A stretch of 13,394 bases of DNA from a virus (lineage: Duplodnaviria; Heunggongvirae; Uroviricota; Caudoviricetes): positions 1 through 13,394 of the IMG/VR virus record IMGVR_UViG_3300029305_011610; one strand, written 5' to 3'. Below, in pieces: positions 1-6,422 of this stretch. Position 1 is the stretch's first letter. Every line of letters begins with the position of its first letter. The notes beneath the pieces were generated by a model. It did not search any database and was not told the origin of the DNA. It saw only the letters and a program-made list of their open reading frames with translations. The position numbers were made by a program, and so were the translations under genes.

Positions 1-192
1 TCACAGGAGATATGTCTTGCCTGTATACGTAGTTATCCACCCATCAAGAGCCTCTTTGGATACATAAATACGATCATTTATCTTAAGGGAAGGAAACCCT
101 GCTGACTTCATCAGCGCGTACGCCTGGTTTTTACCCATCCCGAACATGAATTGTATATCTTTTACGGTCAGTAACTTATTTAATTGTTCCAT
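1..192 (-). CDS. Excisionase-like / MerR-type helix-turn-helix DNA-binding protein (63 aa)
   Basis: LLTVKDIQFMFGMGKNQAYALMKSAGFPSLKINDRIYVSKEALDGWI fits the HTH_17/Xis pattern (LT.+E/D...G.....Y.L...G.FP..+IG.+..+.+..L..W). AGGAG SD lies 6 nt before the ATG. Confidence 0.75.
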   Translation of the reverse strand: MEQLNKLLTVKDIQFMFGMGKNQAYALMKSAGFPSLKINDRIYVSKEALDGWITTYTGKTYLL

Positions 193-203
193 TAATTACT
201 CCT

Positions 204-233
204 AAGAATAGAATAGCCCTTATACAGGGCTAT
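204..233 (-). terminator. Probable intrinsic terminator/attenuator between dut and the excisionase-like gene
   Basis: Perfect 8-bp inverted repeat ATAGCCCT (213-220) / AGGGCTAT (226-233) with a 5-nt loop, 3 nt after the dut stop. It is followed on the minus strand by an imperfect U-tract, TCTATTCTT. Confidence 0.5.
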
Positions 234-236
234 GGG

Positions 237-698
237 TTAACGCCCTGTATGACCGAAGCCTCCCTCGCCTCGTTCTGTATTATTAAGATCATCAACTTCA
301 AAGAAGTCAGCACTGTAGAATGGTACAAAAACCATCTGTGCAATTCTTGAACCTGGGAGAACAACCTGAGTATGCTCAGTGTCATTATGCAGCGCAACAG
401 CAATTTCCCCACGGAAATCTGGATCGATTACGCCAACACAGTTCGCAGGACGAAGACCTTGCTTGGAGGCAAGACCGCTTCGTGCAAATAGAAGTCCAAC
501 AACTCCTTCTGGTATTTCCATTGAAATCCCCGTGCCAATCATTCGAGATTCGTGTGGGCAAATAATCAGTTCCTCGGGCTCACCGGGAAGATTCGTATCC
601 TTATATCCATAAGCATACATATCATATCCTGCCGCACTTGCAGACCCTTTTGTTGGGATTAATGCATCATTATATACTTTTTTGATGTTAATTTTCAT
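237..698 (-). CDS. dut: Trimeric dUTP diphosphatase (153 aa)
   Basis: All five dUTPase motifs are present: AGYDM, ARSGLA, GVIDPDFRGEI, RIAQMV, RGEGGFGHTG. AAGGAGG SD. Confidence 0.97.
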   Translation of the reverse strand: MKINIKKVYNDALIPTKGSASAAGYDMYAYGYKDTNLPGEPEELIICPHESRMIGTGISMEIPEGVVGLLFARSGLASKQGLRPANCVGVIDPDFRGEIAVALHNDTEHTQVVLPGSRIAQMVFVPFYSADFFEVDDLNNTERGEGGFGHTGR

Positions 699-707
699 AG
701 TGCCTCC

Positions 708-1172
708 TTACTTAACGCGAATCCAATGGTCGTCTTCGTTGCATCTATCCCAGACACTGGGAAACAAATTGTTGGGGTTATTATCGCATTTAACAACTGT
801 GCCGACAGGAAGGAAAGCTTCAGACATACTCATTATGAAAGCATTCGCCATTTCGTCTTCAATACTTGGAGCGCCATTACAAGTGCAGTTGTCATCTTCA
901 CAGTCGCATTTGCACTCTTGTTCGCTTTCAGCACACTCACATTCGTCCTCGCAGTCACATGTGCTACGCTCAGCCGCCTCTCTAATAATATCGTCTGCTG
1001 CAATATCTGCGGCGTCTCTATACTGTCTATATGCTAGCATCACATCGACGGCATAATCTAGGTCGAATTCATCGTCATTCTCAAAGAGATAGTATCGAAG
1101 TTCGTTTTCCAGAAGAGTTTCAACAATTTTAAACTGATTGTAACTAAAATTCATATCAATGTCTCTTTTCAT
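708..1172 (-). CDS. Hypothetical acidic protein with a Cys-rich CxC linker (154 aa)
   Basis: Fills the gap between the MTase and dut on the coding strand. AGGAG SD 8 nt before the ATG. No family recognised. Confidence 0.8.
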   Translation of the reverse strand: MKRDIDMNFSYNQFKIVETLLENELRYYLFENDDEFDLDYAVDVMLAYRQYRDAADIAADDIIREAAERSTCDCEDECECAESEQECKCDCEDDNCTCNGAPSIEDEMANAFIMSMSEAFLPVGTVVKCDNNPNNLFPSVWDRCNEDDHWIRVK

Positions 1173-1191
1173 TTTTCATTCTCCTATTATG

Positions 1192-2358
1192 TTATTTATC
1201 CCATACGATGTACCATCCAGTCTTAGCACCTCCCCCTCCAGCCTCAGCCTTCAGGGTTCTTGCGATGGTAGCATCGTAGATTCTATTTGCGTCACCGTTA
1301 TAGCCACAAATATATCCTATCTGATTCAAACTAATATGCCTGTTGCAATCCCCGTTATCAGAATCGTCCGACATATTATTAGGATTTAGTTTGGATAGCG
1401 CCTTTTCAAATGCACCTATGCCGCTAAAAAATGAGCCCACCTGTAAATCATCAAACAGGGTGGGCATTTCCCGATATAAGTTCTCTAAGATATGTAGTAT
1501 CACATCTACGACAACGCTATTCCCGGCCATCTTGTATAGCTGTGTGTTAGCTCTGTCTCTACCGTCATAGATGTTATGAATTAATGCATTTCTCGCTCGG
1601 TTAAAATCATCATCATCAAAACCGAAGAGCCTCCATGATTCTAGCGGAGTTAGCTTTCGTATACCTGTACCTGCAACTGTACCGTCTCGGATATTCTCCA
1701 TCAGCTCAATCGATGCATCTTCATTAAGGTAATATCGCTTATCAACGCCGTGATCCAGCATGTCATAGAGCATTCGGTGTAATGGTCTCGGATTTGGGAA
1801 TTTAAATGTTCCGCTATCTAAGTCCTTTCGAATAATCACACAATAAACCCGTTCTCTGGATTGAGGGATTCCGTGATCCATTGAATTGATTACATTCCAA
1901 TACACATTATATCCATATTCCTCTAACTCAGATATAAAGGCATCAAAGGTTGGTTTGAACTTATTGCTCGTAATTCCTCTTACATTTTCGTAAATAGCAA
2001 ATCGTGGCATCCTCTCTTTTAATATTCTAAGCCACTCGACGAGCAAAGAAGAGCGACTCTTCTCAATCAGAGAAGAGCCGCATTCCGGACAAATATTTCG
2101 TTTTGAATGATGAATCAGGATCGGGTTATACTCGAAACCGCACTCTATACAAGACCAAGCCGCGCCGTTTTTCTTGCCGGCAATAGAAAAGTCCTGACAT
2201 GGTGAGCCGCCTAGCATCACATTGAAATCAGGCAGTTCTTTTTCATCTACTAGGTTAATGTCTCCTATGTTTTTAGTGCAAGATACATTATGTATAGCGC
2301 AATATGCTTCCGAAGCGTGCTTATCTATTTCGCAAAATAAAACTAAGTCGTAGTCTAT
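1192..2358 (-). CDS. DNA (cytosine-5)-methyltransferase, circularly permuted (388 aa from an ATA start; the ORF track starts late at 2220)
   Basis: Motifs: II FCEID, III GDI, IV GGSPCQDFS, V SSLL, VI ENV, VIII QSRERVY, IX RKLTPLESWRLFGF, X LYKMAGNSVVVDV, then I FFSGIGAF. The frame is open upstream of 2220 (IDYDLVLFCEIDKHASEAYCAIHNVSCTKNIGDINLVDEKELPDFN) back to an in-frame TGA at 2373-2371. Confidence 0.92.
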   Translation of the reverse strand: MDYDLVLFCEIDKHASEAYCAIHNVSCTKNIGDINLVDEKELPDFNVMLGGSPCQDFSIAGKKNGAAWSCIECGFEYNPILIHHSKRNICPECGSSLIEKSRSSLLVEWLRILKERMPRFAIYENVRGITSNKFKPTFDAFISELEEYGYNVYWNVINSMDHGIPQSRERVYCVIIRKDLDSGTFKFPNPRPLHRMLYDMLDHGVDKRYYLNEDASIELMENIRDGTVAGTGIRKLTPLESWRLFGFDDDDFNRARNALIHNIYDGRDRANTQLYKMAGNSVVVDVILHILENLYREMPTLFDDLQVGSFFSGIGAFEKALSKLNPNNMSDDSDNGDCNRHISLNQIGYICGYNGDANRIYDATIARTLKAEAGGGGAKTGWYIVWDK

Positions 2359-2936
2359 ACAACCACCTCCTCACAGAGTAGATCAGGATAATGAGCCATG
2401 ATTAAATCAGCTTGAGGAGCAAATTCACCAAAATACTCTAATTCCCACTTAAGCCTTTGTAAAACAGCATCTTCACGACTTCTAAAAGTCTTTTCAATAT
2501 GTTTATTGTTTCCAAGATATATTTGTGCTCTCCATGAATTAATACATCTCGTGTCTTTTCTTACGCCAATAACGCCATTATTCTTTGCAATCGGTCTATT
2601 CCTAGAATTCCTGCAGTTTTCACGATGTGTACACGTTCGTAAGTTTGACCCCGTGTTATTAAGGGGATCCCCGTCAATGTGGTCAACCATCAAACCATCT
2701 AAACATATTCCTTTAAGTCTCAACACCATCCTGTGCATTGATTCACACCCTTGAGCTTGTGTAGTTCTGATATACCCTGCGCTCATGTGTTGCCAATGAT
2801 ACATTTTAAATATGTCTAAGTATTCTGTATCGAATTTTGCAGTCACAATCTCCCCGTTCTGCTTGTGTATTTCGAGATATGAATAATTCTCATCCGAATA
2901 AAACACGTTTGCACATCTTCTATGCAATCCTCTCAT
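2355..2936 (-). CDS. Free-standing HNH endonuclease with C-terminal AP2-like DNA-binding domain (193 aa)
   Basis: VDHIDGDPLNNTGSNLRTCTHRENCRN is an HNH_3/HNN motif. GVIGV...WRAQIYL...KTFRSREDAVLQRLKWELEYFGEFA is an AP2-like domain. Start placed at the ATG overlapping the upstream stop (ATGA); the GTG at 2966 is an alternative. Confidence 0.9.
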   Translation of the reverse strand: MRGLHRRCANVFYSDENYSYLEIHKQNGEIVTAKFDTEYLDIFKMYHWQHMSAGYIRTTQAQGCESMHRMVLRLKGICLDGLMVDHIDGDPLNNTGSNLRTCTHRENCRNSRNRPIAKNNGVIGVRKDTRCINSWRAQIYLGNNKHIEKTFRSREDAVLQRLKWELEYFGEFAPQADLIMAHYPDLLCEEVVV

Positions 2937-3127
2937 CTTGTCGCAATCCAAAGGCCGCAGTGGCACATTCCTTCTTGATTGTTTTCAATCTGTTCTCTAA
3001 ATTCTTTACACATACATTTTGTATCTGCGTTCTTGACAATTACGCACGGGCAATAATTACCATTTTCTTTTAATCTTGCTTTTATAATTTCAACATGTTC
3101 TTTATCTGGATTTAAAATTACTTTCAT
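2933..3127 (-). CDS. Ferredoxin:thioredoxin reductase catalytic (beta) chain-like [4Fe-4S] protein, minimal (64 aa)
   Basis: CPC...CMC...CHC triplets match the CPC/CPC/CHC signature of FTR catalytic subunits. TAATG coupling to nrdG. Confidence 0.85.
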   Translation of the reverse strand: MKVILNPDKEHVEIIKARLKENGNYCPCVIVKNADTKCMCKEFREQIENNQEGMCHCGLWIATR

Positions 3128-3612
3128 TATGATATCCTCTCTGCGTATTGATTATCTGATACTAAATAAACACCAAGCACATCGTCGTAGTGAGCTTCTT
3201 GGCTAGGGTAATACCTGCCGAACTTAACAACAATGTTTTGGAACATACTTAACATTGCTATTTTCCCTTCTATTTCTGACTTGTTATAACCTGTGTAAAT
3301 TACAACATCATCGTCACATCCATATTCGATTCTCAGTTTACTGATTAACGAAAACAATTCCCCATATTGATCCATTGGTTCAAGGCCGCCGAATACAATC
3401 GCCGATGTGATGGGGTTGTGTAAATACCGATTTATGATTTCCTCATCAGAAACTTCGTGGGTGGCAGTATTTTGCCACCCACTATTTTGACATATTGAGT
3501 TATCTAGCCCTTGTTCTCGCCAACATTTACCGTTACAGGAAATCGTGCCTATGAACATAGATGATTTTTTGTAATTTACAAAGTCTTCATCAGCTATTGT
3601 TTTTATTCTCAT
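3127..3612 (-). CDS. nrdG: Anaerobic ribonucleotide reductase activating enzyme (radical SAM; 161 aa)
   Basis: Directly follows nrdD. Motifs: EDFVNYKK, C-x3-C-x10-C, IVFGGLEP, VIYTGY, VKFGRY, LVSDNQYA. Confidence 0.9.
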   Translation of the reverse strand: MRIKTIADEDFVNYKKSSMFIGTISCNGKCWREQGLDNSICQNSGWQNTATHEVSDEEIINRYLHNPITSAIVFGGLEPMDQYGELFSLISKLRIEYGCDDDVVIYTGYNKSEIEGKIAMLSMFQNIVVKFGRYYPSQEAHYDDVLGVYLVSDNQYAERIS

Positions 3613-5528
3613 TATTCGTTCAGCATCTCCGCATATTCATACCACTGACGTGTAGTAAACTCATTGAATCTATCCTTAGAATAAGATCGAGTCGGCACAA
3701 GATATCCTACAATTCTTTGATAGGTATCAAATACCGGTTCGCCACAAGTCGGGCAATGATCCGTTCCTACAAATCCATGATGGTTCTTGCACTCGTTTAT
3801 TCTCGTATTAAATGCAAAGTAAATAACACCAGATTGAGCGATTTTATTGAGCATATCCCATGCTGCATCTGTAGTTGGGAAATTAGAGTCAATATTCAAA
3901 TGCAAGATTGCACCGCCAGAGCACTTAACATCAAGAACAGAAGCAACCCTCAGTTTTTCTTGGATTGTACATTTCTCAGACAATGGAATCCACTGATTAG
4001 AGTAAATACTCTTCTCGTTATTGTCATAAATCACATTATCCTTCTGGCAGAGAATCACAGCTGCTCGTTCTGCAGGTACGCTTTCAATATTAAAACTGTA
4101 TTCGTCTGTAAAGTTATCTTTTACGCTGTTAAGGATTTCAAAAATTTTGCTTGCAAATTCAATACCCTCGTCAGTGTAATATACATAACCGAACTCATCT
4201 CTTCTCGTATATCCAAACGCCTCGATTACCTCATAAAGACCTAATATGCCCATGGTACAGTACTGCTTATCGATTTCAATGCCTCCATCTTGATAGTTAG
4301 GCAATAACCCCTTCTCTACATTTCTTTGAATGATATGACGAACAACATCTAGTGTCTTACAGCACAGTTCTGCACGCTTTTTGAGCAGTGCAAGATATTT
4401 CTTCTCGTCACAGTTTGTTTCGTAGGCAATACGCATCAGGTTAATTGTATTTACCTTAACAGAGCCAATTGAGAGAGCTGTACCACCAATAGAATTGATA
4501 AACGCATTTAGCTTCTCAGTGGAGGATAGCAAGCGACAACAATTACTTAGCGTGCTCACATCGCCACTCACAAAGAAGTTGCTATCATTCCATTTCGTAT
4601 TATGATCTGAACACCAACGAGCGAATTCCTCGTCAACAAACTCCTTATCTTTATATAATAGAGAGTACGTAAGCACAGGGAAAGTGAATAGATTTTCGTT
4701 TCTCACCTCAGACACAACTTCCATAAAAGTCTTCTGGTGTTCTATGATTCCTTCCACTTCATCGATAGCAAAAGAACCATCCGGGAATTGAAGCCCACCA
4801 AACAAAGATTCGATGTAATTTCTGTCGAAGATAGAAACATTTACGAAAGCGGTTTGATCGATTCTCATAAATGGCTGATTTAATCGATAAATTAGCTTCT
4901 GGAAGCTTTGTCTTAAATAGTAGTCAGGATCTTTAATGAAGTACCCTTCTTCACAGTCTTTCTTCCAGAAGTAGTATGTCCAAATCAGTACATTGGGGAT
5001 GCCTACAGCTCCAGAAGATCTATTGCTCATATAGCTAATATACTCAATTACATCATCAAGGAATGTAGTGAGATGTTTTGGAGGCTGATTATTATAATTT
5101 TTCAAGAAAAAGAGCCCTTCTGTTGCGAGTCGACTAAGGTCGTATGCATAGCAGTAGGGCAAGTATGTAGTACTAGGCGCATCATGTAGGTAAAATGCAC
5201 CACTATATTCAGCGTCTAGCCATTCTTTTGCAGTTCTGAGGTTATATCGCTTCTTCAGTTCATAAAATATTTTATTAAACGCAAAGAGCTTGTCGTGAGA
5301 CTTACCCTTTTCGCTCAGCATACTCCGAATGTCCTTATTGGATGCATTTGCATTCGCATCAATCGTAACATCGGCAACGTTTTTATCTACAAAGTTATCG
5401 ATAAAGTCCGAGAAGTTTAGTTGTGATTCATGAAAACCGTTTAAATATTCGAAATCTTCTCCGTATCTTTCCATGACACTATGTATGGACTTTTCGAAGT
5501 CTTTGCTTACCTTGATTGGAATGTTCAT
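3612..5528 (-). CDS. nrdD: Class III (anaerobic) ribonucleoside-triphosphate reductase, no ATP-cone (638 aa)
   Basis: YLHD, PYC, FTFPV, finger loop NCCRL, ESVPAE, SGGAILH, zinc site (ECKNHH...CPTCG) and glycyl-radical loop RIVGYL. AAGGAGG SD. Confidence 0.97.
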   Translation of the reverse strand: MNIPIKVSKDFEKSIHSVMERYGEDFEYLNGFHESQLNFSDFIDNFVDKNVADVTIDANANASNKDIRSMLSEKGKSHDKLFAFNKIFYELKKRYNLRTAKEWLDAEYSGAFYLHDAPSTTYLPYCYAYDLSRLATEGLFFLKNYNNQPPKHLTTFLDDVIEYISYMSNRSSGAVGIPNVLIWTYYFWKKDCEEGYFIKDPDYYLRQSFQKLIYRLNQPFMRIDQTAFVNVSIFDRNYIESLFGGLQFPDGSFAIDEVEGIIEHQKTFMEVVSEVRNENLFTFPVLTYSLLYKDKEFVDEEFARWCSDHNTKWNDSNFFVSGDVSTLSNCCRLLSSTEKLNAFINSIGGTALSIGSVKVNTINLMRIAYETNCDEKKYLALLKKRAELCCKTLDVVRHIIQRNVEKGLLPNYQDGGIEIDKQYCTMGILGLYEVIEAFGYTRRDEFGYVYYTDEGIEFASKIFEILNSVKDNFTDEYSFNIESVPAERAAVILCQKDNVIYDNNEKSIYSNQWIPLSEKCTIQEKLRVASVLDVKCSGGAILHLNIDSNFPTTDAAWDMLNKIAQSGVIYFAFNTRINECKNHHGFVGTDHCPTCGEPVFDTYQRIVGYLVPTRSYSKDRFNEFTTRQWYEYAEMLNE

Positions 5529-5539
5529 ATATCCCCTCC

Positions 5540-5740
5540 TTATTGTTCATTAATCCAGTCAGATGCTGGTTTAAAATCAAGAAGCTTTCCGTCCACACAC
5601 AGAACGGGTACTTGCGTAATGCCGATTTGAAGCATTTCTTCCACAGAATCATTGACCGAATACACAATTTTCTTTGCATCTAACTTTTTCTTTAGAACAT
5701 TACATTTCGGACATCCAGTTGAATACAAAACTACACTCAT
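5540..5740 (-). CDS. Glutaredoxin/NrdH-like redoxin (66 aa)
   Basis: LYSTGCPKCNVLKKKL (CxxC) and TQVPVL (cis-Pro motif). AAGGAG SD 8 nt before ATG 5740; ATG 5746 (TGATG overlap) is an alternative start. Confidence 0.88.
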   Translation of the reverse strand: MSVVLYSTGCPKCNVLKKKLDAKKIVYSVNDSVEEMLQIGITQVPVLCVDGKLLDFKPASDWINEQ

Positions 5741-5745
5741 ACGCA

Positions 5746-6414
5746 TCACTCCTTAAAATAAGTCTCTACAAACGCTGTAGAACAAACTGTTTTTACAATC
5801 AAATCCATATACTCTGGTGATAGTCCCTTAGCCTTTTCAATAAACTCTTCCAGTTCATCATTGTAAGACAGCGTGCAAATCTCGAATGCAATATCATCCC
5901 AATCATCAACTCTATAAATGCCGTGAGCTTCGCAATCAAAAACTGCATTATGAGGGGCGCTCATAAGAAGTTTTACATAATCACCGTCGATCAAATTATG
6001 AGGAGCGTCATCAATTAACACATCTCCTTTAATCATTTGCTTTTTCTGAGCAATAATTACATTCTTCCATGTTAAATACGGAAAGTGTCTAAACAGCGCT
6101 CTGTTCATTTTTTCTTTTAATGTTCCTAAGCCAGAGGCAGTTACTATGTACACCTCGTGTCCCTGTTCAATCATCCATTTCACAGCATGAACTGCTCCTT
6201 GCTTTGGACGAACTCTATCCCAGAAATTTGGATCCTTCAATGGAGCATGCACTTGTTCCTTAGTCAAAGTTGGATAGAACTTTTCAACGCTCCATTCATT
6301 AATATCTTCATGGCTCACACTAGTTCCATGCCATTCGTTCAGACATCCGACCCATTCTTTGAGCATATTTGTAAGCGTGTCATCAAAATCGATTAGAATC
6401 TTAAGTTTCTTCAT
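5746..6414 (-). CDS. 5'(3')-deoxyribonucleotidase, NT5C/HAD family (222 aa)
   Basis: ILIDFDDTL (HAD motif I), YIVTAS, K...W, KKQMIKGDVLIDDAPHN, APHN, RVDDW. Confidence 0.88.
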   Translation of the reverse strand: MKKLKILIDFDDTLTNMLKEWVGCLNEWHGTSVSHEDINEWSVEKFYPTLTKEQVHAPLKDPNFWDRVRPKQGAVHAVKWMIEQGHEVYIVTASGLGTLKEKMNRALFRHFPYLTWKNVIIAQKKQMIKGDVLIDDAPHNLIDGDYVKLLMSAPHNAVFDCEAHGIYRVDDWDDIAFEICTLSYNDELEEFIEKAKGLSPEYMDLIVKTVCSTAFVETYFKE

Positions 6415-6422
6415 AATCCTCC

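Noticed and set aside
1195-1240. SD-like GGAGGGGGAGGTG followed by a 6-codon mini-ORF at the MTase 3' end
   Set aside because: Explained by the Gly-Gly-Gly-Gly codons. The 12-nt spacing to the ATG is poor.
230-1570. Several 60-124 aa alternative-frame and plus-strand ORFs over dut, the acidic ORF and the MTase
   Set aside because: They overlap well-supported minus-strand genes. Their Ser-rich composition is what the antisense of acidic codons produces.
2221-3127. Group I intron housing the HNH and splitting the MTase (motif I as an upstream exon)
   Set aside because: No non-coding space for an intron core, no motif I exon upstream, the flanking genes are intact and coupled, and motif I is present at the MTase C-terminus.
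3561-4244. 227-aa plus-strand ORF antisense to nrdD
   Set aside because: No SD, no recognisable motif, and it lies fully opposite a conserved gene. Best explained as a shadow ORF.
5479-5679. 66-aa minus-strand ORF overlapping the redoxin and the nrdD start
   Set aside because: Alternative frame with no SD. The CPKC redoxin frame explains the region.
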